Part shown: positions 49,090 to 58,811 of the stretch, one piece after another | Position numbering within the stretch: position 1 is the stretch's first letter | How the letters are laid out: the number at the start of each line of letters is the position of its first letter | NCBI GenBank assembly: GCA_963729625.1 | Contig: CAVSOU010000010.1 | Coordinates: forward strand, 896,001 to 960,000 | Length of the DNA: 64,000 bases | Source: an uncultured bacterium | GTDB lineage: Bacteria > Chloroflexota > UBA5177 > JANWHV01 | Reading direction: 5' to 3' | Made by a program: the position numbers and the translations under genes | Notes under the pieces: generated by a model | Database searches by the model: none | What the model was told of the DNA's origin: nothing | The model's input: only the letters and a program-made list of their open reading frames with translations

Positions 49090-50139
49090 GTGAACGATTT
49101 TGAGGATCAGTTGCCCGAGGCAGCACACGATTTTAGTCGCCGCGATATTCTTACAGCCGGCCTCGGCCTCGGAGCCGCGGCAGGCATTGCAACCCTGTTT
49201 CCCGGCTTCGCCGGCGTCGCCTCGGCAGCATCGCGAGCACAGGTGCCCGTGAGCGCTCAGGTGTACGTCGAAGTATCCGCACTGTCATCGCTTTCGTATT
49301 TCATCGACCATCGCCTTGGCATGACGTTAATTGGGAAAGATCTGGGCGTCAAGACGCAGTATGTGGGACCGTCGAACCTGGATCTCACGGCCATGTTGAA
49401 TATCATCGACCAGAAGATTGCTCAGAAAGTGTCCGGCATGCTGGTCGTCGGTTTTGATCCAATCCTCAAGAGTGGCATCGACAAAGCGATCGCGGCCGGC
49501 ATCCCGGTCGTCACGCTCGACGCCGATGTGCCCACGAGCAACCGGCAAGTATTCCTGGGCACGGGCAATGTCAATGTCGGCATCCTGGGCGGCAACCTTA
49601 TGGCGACCGCTATCGGCAAGAAGGGCAAAGTCGCCATTATCAGCAGGATCGGCCAGAGCAATCTTGACGAGCGCGTGCAGGGGTATAAGACTGCCCTCGC
49701 GGCCTATCCCGGTATTACGGTCGTTCAAGTCGCCAACGACGACAGCGACTCGACAAAGGCAGCGTCCGTCGTAGGCTCTATCCTGCGCACGCACTCCGAT
49801 CTTGCCGGCGTAGCCTGCGTTGAAGCGGCTGGCGGCGTGGGATCGGCTACCGCGGTGAAGGAAGCAGGGAAAGTCGGTAAGGTCCAGATCATCTCCATGG
49901 ATCGGGACGATCAGACCCTCAACTTCATTGAGCAGGGTGTGATCCTCGCATCCACTGCCCAAAAGACGGCTCTCATGAGCTACCTGGGTACACTGATGCT
50001 CTACTATTATGTCAACCATCCGGTGCCGATCGTCGCAGACAACATTGCCGCCGCCGTGACGCCGCTCCCGGCGACCGTAGACACAGGTGCGCTGGTCATC
50101 AACAAGGCAAACGCTCACTTCTTCTTCCACAAGAAATAG
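49090..50139 (+). CDS. Monosaccharide ABC substrate-binding protein with Tat signal
   Basis: SRRDIL twin-arginine motif, AGIPVVTLDAD, periplasmic binding fold. Confidence 0.88.
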   Translation: MNDFEDQLPEAAHDFSRRDILTAGLGLGAAAGIATLFPGFAGVASAASRAQVPVSAQVYVEVSALSSLSYFIDHRLGMTLIGKDLGVKTQYVGPSNLDLTAMLNIIDQKIAQKVSGMLVVGFDPILKSGIDKAIAAGIPVVTLDADVPTSNRQVFLGTGNVNVGILGGNLMATAIGKKGKVAIISRIGQSNLDERVQGYKTALAAYPGITVVQVANDDSDSTKAASVVGSILRTHSDLAGVACVEAAGGVGSATAVKEAGKVGKVQIISMDRDDQTLNFIEQGVILASTAQKTALMSYLGTLMLYYYVNHPVPIVADNIAAAVTPLPATVDTGALVINKANAHFFFHKK

Positions 50140-50154
50140 AGCAGTACCGGGCAT

Positions 50155-50190
50155 CCGCCGCACGCGACTCGGGGCGGTCGCGTGCGGCGG
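50155..50190 (+). terminator. Strong intercistronic stem-loop after SBP gene
   Basis: CCGCCGCACGCGAC-8 nt-GTCGCGTGCGGCGG. Confidence 0.5.
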
Positions 50191-50212
50191 CACCTGCCAG
50201 AGGAATCCCAGC

Positions 50213-51376
50213 ATGAAGATCACCTCCGTCAACACGGTCGTCGTCAACGCAAAGATGCGTAACTGGATCTTCGTCAAGGTCGCTACGGATGAGGGGCTGA
50301 TCGGTTGGGGTGAAGCCAGCCTCGAGTGGAAGACTCGAGCAGTGAGCGGTGCGGTTGCCGACCTTGCGCCGCTGATCGTTGGCCAGGATCCGACACGGAT
50401 CGAACACCTGTTTCAGATCATGTACCGCCATCCCTTCTTTCGCGCCGGCGTCGAAGGAATGAGCGCGATCTCCGGCATAGAACAGGCCTGCTGGGACATA
50501 GCCGGGAAAGCTGCCGGCAAGCCTGTGTATCAGTTGCTTGGTGGCGCCGTGCGCGATCGCGTCCGCATGTACGACCATCTTGGCGGCGGCGAGATGACGG
50601 CGCTCTATCTCCGCGATACCGCGGAAAGCATGGCAGAACGCGCCCGCGAGAGCGTTGCTTCGGGATACACGGCGATCAAGGTGCTCGTGGTGCCAAGAAC
50701 CCTACCGCTGGAAGGTAACGCACCAGTGCGGCATGCCGAGACCCTGATGCGGGCCATTCGCGAAGCCGTGGGCCCGGATATTGACATCATGGTCGATCTG
50801 CACGCGCGTACCACCCCTGCCATGGCTATCCAGTATGGCGAGGTGCTGCGCCCGTTCAAGCCGTTCTTCCTCGAAGAGCCCTGCCCTCCCGAAAACGTCG
50901 CAGGCATGGCGGAGATAGCGCGCGCGCTGCCGGGCATAGCCATTGCCACCGGCGAACGCTTGATCACTCGATGGGGCTTCCGCGAGGTGCTGGAGCGGAG
51001 CGCATGCGCGGTCATACAACCGGATCTCTGTCACTGCGGCGGCTTGTGGGAAGCTCGCAAGATCGCGGCGATGGCGGAGACCTACTACGTGAGCGTGGCG
51101 CCACACAACCCGTTGGGCCCGGTTGCCACCGCGGCCGCGATCCACTTTGCGCTGGCCACGCCGAATTGGCTGATTCAGGAGGCAATTCGTTCCGACGTAC
51201 CGTGGCGGGACGCGATAGTCGGCGAAGCCCTGCCGGTCGCGGATGGCTACATTCTTCCGCCAACGGCGCCGGGTTTGGGAGTCGACGTGGACGAGACCGA
51301 GGCCGCGAAGCATCCGTTTGAGCAGGAAGTGCTGATGCAGTGGTGGCACTCCGATGGCGCGGTGGCCGACTGGTAG
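50213..51376 (+). CDS. dgoD: Galactonate dehydratase-like enzyme (mandelate racemase family)
   Basis: GWGEASLE, PVYQLLGG, VDLH, EEP, GERL, QPDLCHCGG, APHNPLGP. Confidence 0.82.
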   Translation: MKITSVNTVVVNAKMRNWIFVKVATDEGLIGWGEASLEWKTRAVSGAVADLAPLIVGQDPTRIEHLFQIMYRHPFFRAGVEGMSAISGIEQACWDIAGKAAGKPVYQLLGGAVRDRVRMYDHLGGGEMTALYLRDTAESMAERARESVASGYTAIKVLVVPRTLPLEGNAPVRHAETLMRAIREAVGPDIDIMVDLHARTTPAMAIQYGEVLRPFKPFFLEEPCPPENVAGMAEIARALPGIAIATGERLITRWGFREVLERSACAVIQPDLCHCGGLWEARKIAAMAETYYVSVAPHNPLGPVATAAAIHFALATPNWLIQEAIRSDVPWRDAIVGEALPVADGYILPPTAPGLGVDVDETEAAKHPFEQEVLMQWWHSDGAVADW

Positions 51377-51586
51377 CCGTCGCCGGCGGCTTCGCGGCGC
51401 TTTGGCGTCCTTCATGAGGCCGGAGAAAGAGCTGTGCCTGCGGCGCGCCAAACTTCTGAGCCGAGTGCTTCCAGGGTGTCATCGCTCAGTTCTGGGCGCC
51501 CGCGGGAATTCTCGCACAGGCCTTGACCCCGTGGCGCCCGGCTCGCTAGGATTGGCTATGGCAATAGGCAACCAGGGGAGGGGCGC

Positions 51587-52387
51587 GTGATGAGTCAGGG
51601 ACGAGTCGCAGGGAAGGGTGCCATCGTCACCGGGGGTGCATCCGGAATCGGATTGGCCACTGCTCGGCTGCTGGCGCATGAGGGGGCCGAGGTCATGATC
51701 GCCGACGTGAATGCCGCGGCCGGTGAGCTCGCGGTCGCGGAGATCGCGAAGTCTGGAGCACATGTTCTCTTTCAGGCTGCCGACGTGTCCGAGCCTGCAG
51801 CCGTTCAGGCACTGATCTCCCGCGCAGTGCGTGAGTTTGGACGCCTGGACATTGTCTTCAACAACGCCGCGATCATGCCATTGGGGTCCGTGCTGACGAC
51901 AACGCCGGCGGTGTGGGATCGCGTGATGGCAGTCAACCTTCGTAGCGTCTTCCTGGTTTCCCAGGCCGCGGCGCGCGCTATGCTCGACGGAGCGCTTCCA
52001 TTGGGCAACGTCGGCAGCATCGTCAACGCGGCGTCGCCGACGGGGTTGCTTGGGTATCCCAACCAGTTGGCGTATTGCGCCTCCAAGGGAGCGATCTCAG
52101 CCATGACCCGCACCATGGCCGTCGAGTTGGCGCCACGGATCCGCGTGAATAGCGTCGTGCCCGGCACCACCGACAGTGGTCTCTTGCATGCCTATATGGA
52201 GACAGTCGAAGACAAGGATCGCGTGTTGAGCGCGTTTGCATCGCAACACCTGCCGGGCCGCATTGGCAAACCCGAGGATGTCGCGTTCGCCGTACTGTAC
52301 CTCGCATCCGACGAGGCAGACTTTGTCACTGGATCGGCGCTCATGGTGGACGGTGGCGCCACCATCATGAAGGGCAATCCTCAATGA
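51587..52387 (+). CDS. SDR family NAD(P)-dependent oxidoreductase
   Basis: TGGASGIG, NNAA, YCASKG. Confidence 0.92.
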   Translation: MMSQGRVAGKGAIVTGGASGIGLATARLLAHEGAEVMIADVNAAAGELAVAEIAKSGAHVLFQAADVSEPAAVQALISRAVREFGRLDIVFNNAAIMPLGSVLTTTPAVWDRVMAVNLRSVFLVSQAAARAMLDGALPLGNVGSIVNAASPTGLLGYPNQLAYCASKGAISAMTRTMAVELAPRIRVNSVVPGTTDSGLLHAYMETVEDKDRVLSAFASQHLPGRIGKPEDVAFAVLYLASDEADFVTGSALMVDGGATIMKGNPQ

Positions 52388-52421
52388 CGTCAGAAAGCCC
52401 GACGGGAGATTGGGTGCGCTG

Positions 52422-53612
52422 CTACGATGTGCCTGCCAGTCGCCCACGCAAGCACTCGAATACGGCTCGGCGTCCGGTCTGGTAGTCGCGACGCACCGAT
52501 TCGTACTTGCCGCCCTCCAGCAGGGCCACAACCGGTGAGTACTGCGAATTAATCACAAGCCCGGTGAAATCAAGACCGTCCAGCAGATCGCTGAAGTATT
52601 GCTCGTACTGCAAGGGAGTGAAATCGCAGACAAACAGCGCGACCTTCCTCCCCAGCTTCTCCCGCAAGCGGCGGAAGCCGTCGAGGTCGTAGAGCGTGTA
52701 GTTGTTGATCGCGCGAAGACCATCGATCGCCAGGAAGTTCTCCGCCTGGTGCGTAGCGTTGCCGCAGTAGTGCAGGCATCCTCCGTCGAAGGCGCGCAAG
52801 AGCCGTGAGTTGTAGGGCACGACGAACTCGCGGTAGTACTTCGGGGACATGATGACCGCGTCATCGTCGGAGAACCAGACGCCGGCGTGTCTGCCCGTAT
52901 ACACCTGCTGGTCCGCGATACATTCTGTCAGCGGCTCGCCAATCACCTCTTTCTGCACCTTGACCCACCGGATGAGGGCCTCGGTGACCTTCTCCATCAG
53001 CTCGTGAGCCGCCGTTGGGTAGTCTGCCATCAAGTAGATGAGCTTGTCGTAGCCCATCAGCTGGTTGGCCGTGGTGAGCGGTCCCTGCAGATCGGTGATT
53101 CCGACCGGCAGGAAGCTGTTCGACTTCATATAGCGGAGATAGTCGAGCACGCGAGGCATAAGGCCATCCCGGTGCGGATCTGGGATCTCCAGCTTCCGGA
53201 CGTCCTCCGGGGTCGTGACGGGATAGAAACGCGGATTGGCGGCGGGATCCTGCTTCGGAAAGAACTCGATCTGGCAGCCGAAAGCGGACGCGGTGACGAC
53301 TGTGCCAAGCCACGGCATCAAATAGGGAACGAAATCGTCGTCGATCTGCCGAACCTGGTCGTAGTACGTGCGCTCCTGGAAGGCCGTCATGACGGCGGCA
53401 TCCTCGCAGTACTCGGCCGGCAACACGTCCGTGTCCAGTCCGAAGATCCAGTAGAGCGAACCGTTCACACTGAACGGCGGTTCCTTGACCGGTCGAAACG
53501 CGAACACGTCGTCGGTCTTGGCCTTGACCTTTGCGAGCCGGCGCTCGAACAGGCGTTGAAAATCCTCTCGCTCAGCTGCTGAGAGCGGTTTGACCTGCGT
53601 TGCCGTTTCCAT
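52422..53612 (-). CDS. UroD/MtaA-CmuA family protein
   Basis: DLQGPLTTA, SDDDA...MSP..YREF, LHYCG; GGAGG SD before ATG 53612. Confidence 0.8.
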   Translation of the reverse strand: METATQVKPLSAAEREDFQRLFERRLAKVKAKTDDVFAFRPVKEPPFSVNGSLYWIFGLDTDVLPAEYCEDAAVMTAFQERTYYDQVRQIDDDFVPYLMPWLGTVVTASAFGCQIEFFPKQDPAANPRFYPVTTPEDVRKLEIPDPHRDGLMPRVLDYLRYMKSNSFLPVGITDLQGPLTTANQLMGYDKLIYLMADYPTAAHELMEKVTEALIRWVKVQKEVIGEPLTECIADQQVYTGRHAGVWFSDDDAVIMSPKYYREFVVPYNSRLLRAFDGGCLHYCGNATHQAENFLAIDGLRAINNYTLYDLDGFRRLREKLGRKVALFVCDFTPLQYEQYFSDLLDGLDFTGLVINSQYSPVVALLEGGKYESVRRDYQTGRRAVFECLRGRLAGTS

Positions 53613-53614
53613 GT

Positions 53615-54652
53615 TCACTGCCTCCGATACGAGCCGTATTTCTTGGCTGACTCTACCAGCGCGTGGATGTTGTCGGCCGGCGTGTTGGGCGGCAATGCGC
53701 AACCTGGTCCGAGAATGAAGCCGCTGCCGGGTTGGCACACCGCGATCAGTTCGCGACACGCATCTTCTACCTCGCCTGGCTTTCCAAGCGCGAGCAGGTT
53801 GGTGTCGATGTTGCCGAGCAGCGTCGTCCTGCCGCGCGCTGCGTCCTTGAGCCGCCTCGCGTCGGTCTTGTGGTCAATTTCGAGCACCTGTGCGCCGGTG
53901 GCGATGTAGTCCTCGGTGATCTTCGCGGTGTCGCCGCAGATGTGCAGGTGCAGAATGATGCCGTGTTGCTTCAGCTCTTCGACCATGCGCTGCTCGTGGA
54001 TCCACGGGTATCGCCGGTAGTGCCGGGGCGAGAGCATCGCAGGTCCACCTACCGGCTCGCCAATCGACGTCGAATGGCCGCCGCACTCAATCAAGGCGAA
54101 TGCATAGCGAGTTGCCACGCGACGAGCATAGTCAAGCAGCGCATGGATCAGGTCCTCGCGTTCGCCTGTCGCTATGTCCATCATGAACTCACTCATCCCG
54201 CGCAGCTCAGCCGCCAGGTCCATCGGTCCCTGGTCTGCCCGCGCGCAGATCCACGCCTGGTCTCCGACCTCGCGCGCGAGGATGCGGGTCGCCTTAAGGA
54301 TTTCGCACATCGGGAACGCAGTATAGGGATCGGGCACCTCGAGCTCGGTCACGTCTTCGAGGGACTTCAGAAGGGGCTCACCGACGACCGGCGCTGTGTC
54401 GTCGCGGTAATACACGTGCATGCCGCATGCCTGCGCGTTGCAGGCCGTGCCGTTTTCCAGCAGGATCATGTCGTGATGAAACTCGCGCCACGCCTGCAGC
54501 ATTGACTCGGCCAAAAGCTCTCCGTCGCGGAACACTTGCGACATGGGTAGCCCCGAGGCATATGCTGCCGGCTGGAAGTTGTGCAGGTCGACCGGGACGC
54601 GGTCTGGCTCGCGCAGCTCGATAGCGGCACGAACGCGCTCAACGGAATCCAA
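53615..54652 (-). CDS. UroD/MtaA-CmuA family methyltransferase-like protein
   Basis: EPDRVPV, LHICG, LLGNID, FILGPGC, TPADNI (complete HxC...C set). Confidence 0.88.
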   Translation of the reverse strand: MDSVERVRAAIELREPDRVPVDLHNFQPAAYASGLPMSQVFRDGELLAESMLQAWREFHHDMILLENGTACNAQACGMHVYYRDDTAPVVGEPLLKSLEDVTELEVPDPYTAFPMCEILKATRILAREVGDQAWICARADQGPMDLAAELRGMSEFMMDIATGEREDLIHALLDYARRVATRYAFALIECGGHSTSIGEPVGGPAMLSPRHYRRYPWIHEQRMVEELKQHGIILHLHICGDTAKITEDYIATGAQVLEIDHKTDARRLKDAARGRTTLLGNIDTNLLALGKPGEVEDACRELIAVCQPGSGFILGPGCALPPNTPADNIHALVESAKKYGSYRRQ

Positions 54653-54777
54653 CTCGCCACCTTCCTCTCATGCTTCCAGTATGGTGCGCAATGCGGTAGC
54701 CTATTGGGAGATAGACCAGACGGTCGGCTCTGCCGAGGATACGGACTTTCCGCTCAATTCATGAAAGGAACCGCCAG

Positions 54778-55038
54778 ATGGCGAAGAGCACGGGCCCTGT
54801 AGCACGCGAAGCGTACCGCCGCGTGGCTCGACACCCGCGCACTCCGACGCCAGAGTCTTCCGACCGCCAAGTTGCCCTGCGCGAGGGTGCCAACAGCTTA
54901 CCGGCGGTGATCTCGATTGCTATCCTCCTCGTGATGACCGTGGTACTGGTGATCGACTTCCACTTCGATCCTTGGCTGTCACTGCTCACCTTGGTCCTAA
55001 TGGGCTCGGTCATCGCCGCGATCGCTACTGTTGGCTGA
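54778..55038 (+). CDS. Small membrane protein (2 TM)
   Basis: AAAGGA SD, two C-terminal hydrophobic helices. Confidence 0.55.
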   Translation: MAKSTGPVAREAYRRVARHPRTPTPESSDRQVALREGANSLPAVISIAILLVMTVVLVIDFHFDPWLSLLTLVLMGSVIAAIATVG

Positions 55039-55099
55039 GCGTAGCTCAGTCGCGCCCAGACCCTAAATCACGGTAATACGGCACCTGCGGCGCTGGTCG

Positions 55100-55300
55100 T
55101 CAGATTGAAGCGCCTCTTGGGCGATACACGAAGGCCACAATTGCGGCTACAACGGCAACCGCGAAGCACGCTTCCGCGCGCCGGGAGTGCGATCCGGTGG
55201 CAATAACGGCCCCGGCGAGATACAGGATGCCTATCACAGCCAGGAGAACAGTAACACCGCAAGCGACCGTGAAGATCAGTTGGCGTTGTTGAGTGTTCAA
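55100..55300 (-). CDS. Small 2-TM membrane protein
   Basis: Purine-rich SD; similar to 55557-55766. Confidence 0.65.
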   Translation of the reverse strand: MNTQQRQLIFTVACGVTVLLAVIGILYLAGAVIATGSHSRRAEACFAVAVVAAIVAFVYRPRGASI

Positions 55301-55556
55301 GCTCTCTCCCCTTCCATTCAGACAACCGCCGCGTCAGGACTCTCGCCGCGCTCGTTGACCGCCGACCCAGGCGATACGCTCAGTATACGCGCGCAGGGCA
55401 CTGCTGAGCGCGCTGGACGAGTGAAGCGGAGCGAGTTCCGTCTGTCACGGTCCGCATTACTAGCGCGCCGATCACTTCGGCGCCGAACGAAGAACCGCCG
55501 CGCGGGTCGGAGCGCGGCGGTCATTCAGCGTCGTCCCCATGGAACTCCGTCTGACG

Positions 55557-55766
55557 TCAGGATCTTCCAGCAATGGTCGCGCCGGGTCGGTTGAAGTTCG
55601 CCACGATCAACGACCCCGCGGCGAGCGCGAAGGACAGTACCGCGTGCTTCCAATGGAATCCGGACGGAATGAAGTGGCTCGTGAGATAGAGTATACCGAT
55701 GACGACGAACACTATGGCTGCCGCGATCGCCAGCAGAAAAACCTTCTGACGGTCATTCGCTCCCAC
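55557..55766 (-). CDS. Small 2-TM membrane protein
   Basis: GGAGG SD; shares VIGILYL...G.H...IVA...RP with 55100-55300. Confidence 0.7.
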   Translation of the reverse strand: MGANDRQKVFLLAIAAAIVFVVIGILYLTSHFIPSGFHWKHAVLSFALAAGSLIVANFNRPGATIAGRS

Positions 55767-55893
55767 AGTTTATCCTCCCTCTTAACACGCCGGCCTGCCA
55801 AACCACAACGCGGCAAGCGAACCGCAGAGCTCTCGCGAACTGCTGGTACGGAGCACGAGTCTCATTTCCAGCGTAGAATACCACCTCAGCATA

Positions 55894-56853
55894 CTAGCCG
55901 CGAAGCTTCAGGCCAACGAGCGCGAGGCTGCCCGCGGCCCAGCAGTAATATGCAAACGGAGTCAGGCGTCCGAAAGTGAAATAGCGCATCAGGAAGCGGA
56001 CACTTGCATAAGCTGCCAGCCCGGCGACCACGCCGCCCAGAACGGCATCGCCGAAAACCGATCTGCCCGATGAGCTCAACAGGCTCGGGATCTCGGCTAC
56101 ACCCGCAGCGAGAATGATCGGTGTCGCCAACAGAAACGCAAACCTCGCAGCCGCCTCATGCGTCAGCCCGGTCGCTAGGCCGGCGACCATGGTCACGCCT
56201 GAACGCGATATACCAGGCACCAGAGCAAGGGATTGAGCTCCGCCGACAAGCACGGCTTCGGTCCACGTCAACGTCGAAATGGGCCTGGGAGCACCTGGCA
56301 TCCTGGTGACGTCATGCTCAGCCTGGGCGACCAGAGCAGTCGCGCGGGCTCTAAGGCGCTCGCCAAAATACATCACGAAGCCGTTCACGACGAGGAATGC
56401 TGCCGCTATCCTAGGGTCGGCGAAGAAGTCCTTTACCCTTTGCTCGAAGAACACGGCGATGATGGCAGGAGGAACCGTTCCCACGCAGACCAGCCAGCCG
56501 AGCTTCTCCTCCGGACTGTCGCCCAGGGTGCCGCGCCGTACGCTTGCCACCATGGGTGTGACGACTGCTACCCATTCGGACCAAAAGTAGACGATCAGTG
56601 CGATCCCGGTACCCAAATGCAGCGCAACCACAAACGGCAGGAAAGTGTCCGACTTCTGATCGATATTCCAGCCAAGAAGCTTCGGCGCGATGACCGTATG
56701 CCCGAGACTGCTGATAGGGAACAGCTCTGCGACGCCCTGGAGCAGGCCCAGCAGCACGGCCTGCAGGTGACCTATGGTGGTCGTGGCCGCCGCCGCGGTT
56801 GCATGGATCGGCGCGTGCTGCAGCATCGTGGCCGCCGCGAGGATGACTAGCAC
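55894..56853 (-). CDS. uppP: Undecaprenyl-diphosphate phosphatase
   Basis: QGVAELFPISSLGH, LHLGT, PGISRSGVT, AARFAFLL. Confidence 0.93.
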   Translation of the reverse strand: MLVILAAATMLQHAPIHATAAAATTTIGHLQAVLLGLLQGVAELFPISSLGHTVIAPKLLGWNIDQKSDTFLPFVVALHLGTGIALIVYFWSEWVAVVTPMVASVRRGTLGDSPEEKLGWLVCVGTVPPAIIAVFFEQRVKDFFADPRIAAAFLVVNGFVMYFGERLRARATALVAQAEHDVTRMPGAPRPISTLTWTEAVLVGGAQSLALVPGISRSGVTMVAGLATGLTHEAAARFAFLLATPIILAAGVAEIPSLLSSSGRSVFGDAVLGGVVAGLAAYASVRFLMRYFTFGRLTPFAYYCWAAGSLALVGLKLRG

Positions 56854-57019
56854 CTAAGACATGCTCCTTTCGGATTCGCCAATACGCGGACCCCGTGCTT
56901 CATTCGAGCAGGGCACGCCCTCCGAATCCATCACGCCCAGTGTACCGGACCGGACTGGCCTGATGGCCGGCAGGAGTATCTGGTACGACGGGCGTGAGGT
57001 CACTTGGAGCAGTCTGCCC

Positions 57020-57718
57020 TTACGGCGTGGCCGTGTCCCCTGAGGCGGCAACGGGCGTCGCGCCGCGGGCGGCAACAACGAACGTCACGCTTGCAAGGTT
57101 ATGGCCGTTGATGGTCGTGCTCACGGCATACGTGCCGGGCCCACGCGGAACGATCTGCGCGTACGCGGTGACGTCGCCCCTGTAAGGGGTCACGTCGGGA
57201 ATGTCCAGTGAGAATGAGCTTCCGTCGGGGTAATGCCAGACAAACTTGACGACGTCGCCCTTGGCCTTGCCGTGAATCTTGGCGACAGCATAGACGACCG
57301 AGGTCCCGGCCGTAAACTCAGTGGTCACTCCTTCTGGAGCATAGTGGTTGCCTACCTTGGACGCGGTAACGAGCGTGATCGTCGCGCCGTGACTTGAGCC
57401 AGGTGTCTTGGTTCCCGAGGCGGCAACAGGCGTATCGGTGCCGGAGGTCGGAGACCCGGTGCCGGCGGTAGGTGTCTCCGCGGCCCCCGTTGGAGTGATA
57501 CTCGCCAGGCTGGCGGTCGGCGTGGCTGTATCGGCTGGCGTCACCGTATCTAGCGGCGTGTTGCTGGCGACAGGCGTGCTGGACGGGATTGGCGCGGGAC
57601 TTGCCGGCGGCGTGTTCGTCTCGGGCGGAACGATAAACGTTGCCGTAGGCGGCCCGGACTGCGTGGGCACGATCAGCGGCACGCGCGTGGGCTCAACTGG
57701 CAGTCGCCGTCGCGACAA
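57020..57718 (-). CDS. Pro/Thr-rich linker plus extracellular beta domain; probably the frameshifted C-terminus of the kinase
   Basis: No SD/start of its own; continues the kinase PT linker if one base near 57699 is removed. Confidence 0.6.
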   Translation of the reverse strand: MSRRRLPVEPTRVPLIVPTQSGPPTATFIVPPETNTPPASPAPIPSSTPVASNTPLDTVTPADTATPTASLASITPTGAAETPTAGTGSPTSGTDTPVAASGTKTPGSSHGATITLVTASKVGNHYAPEGVTTEFTAGTSVVYAVAKIHGKAKGDVVKFVWHYPDGSSFSLDIPDVTPYRGDVTAYAQIVPRGPGTYAVSTTINGHNLASVTFVVAARGATPVAASGDTATP

Positions 57719-58811
57719 GGGTTGGCGTGGTCGTAGCGGTTGGGCCCGACGTCGCGGAATCGTTGCCCGAAATCGTGTGGTAGATCAGTACAGCCGCAAG
57801 CAGCAGGATTGCGGTCGTGATCAGTGCAGCGAACGCACCCCAGCTGCCACGACGGGCCCGATGCGGCGGAGCGGCGGCCAGTGCCTGAGATCCGGCGACC
57901 ACCGTGGGCGCCGCGCCGGCAGCGCCGGCTGCTGACGATGCGCGGCGCGCTCGAGGAACCTCCGTTTGCGCCACCACCGGCGGTGGCGGGGCCGGCTTCG
58001 CGGCGGCAGTTAGCGCCGCCATCAGCTCGTATCCAGAGTGGTAGCGCTGCGACGGATCCTTGGCAATTGCCTTGAGCACTACTGCCTCGACCGGTCTGGG
58101 CAGTTCAGGCACGAAATTCGTCGGGAGCGCCGGCGAATCGTTGACCTGAGCCATCGCGACGGCCACCGGATTGGGCCCGGCGAATGGCACGTGCCCTGTA
58201 AGCATCTCATAGAGCACCATCCCCGCAGCGTATAGATCGGACTCCGCGGTGGCCTGCTGGCCGCTCGCCTGCTCAGGGGAGAAGTACGACACGGATCCCA
58301 GGACGGTACCGGTCGCCGTCAGCGCGGAGCCAGCGAGCGCACGGGCAATGCCAAAATCGCCGACTTTCACTTCGCGTTTGTCGGTTACCAGGATGTTCTC
58401 AGGCTTGATATCGCGGTGGACCACTCCATGCGTGTGCGCGAAATCCAGCGCCGCCGCCAGCTGCCTCATGAAGCTGACCACGGTACCGAGCGGCATTGGC
58501 GCCTCACGGGCGATGATTTGTTTGAGATTGTCGCCGGGCACGTACTCCATAACCATGTAGTACTGACCGTTCTCCTCCCCCACGTCGTACACGCCGACGA
58601 CGTTGGGATGCGCGAGCGCGGCAGCCAGCCGGGCTTCTTGCTTGAAGCGTTCAATGAATTGTGGTTCGGCCGTGAATTGCTCGCGCAAAATCTTGATCGC
58701 AACGGTCCGGTCGAGCCGCGTGTCGGTGGCTCGGAAGACACGCGCCATTCCGCCGTCCCCGATCACGTCGAGGAGCTTGTAGCGACCGCCGTAGAGCCGA
58801 TCGTCGTTCAT
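57693..58811 (-). CDS. Membrane Ser/Thr protein kinase (PknB/Stk1-like catalytic domain)
   Basis: GDGGMARV, VAIK, HRDIKPEN, DFGIAR, SPEQ, TM helix. Confidence 0.93.
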   Translation of the reverse strand: MNDDRLYGGRYKLLDVIGDGGMARVFRATDTRLDRTVAIKILREQFTAEPQFIERFKQEARLAAALAHPNVVGVYDVGEENGQYYMVMEYVPGDNLKQIIAREAPMPLGTVVSFMRQLAAALDFAHTHGVVHRDIKPENILVTDKREVKVGDFGIARALAGSALTATGTVLGSVSYFSPEQASGQQATAESDLYAAGMVLYEMLTGHVPFAGPNPVAVAMAQVNDSPALPTNFVPELPRPVEAVVLKAIAKDPSQRYHSGYELMAALTAAAKPAPPPPVVAQTEVPRARRASSAAGAAGAAPTVVAGSQALAAAPPHRARRGSWGAFAALITTAILLLAAVLIYHTISGNDSATSGPTATTTPTLVATATAS

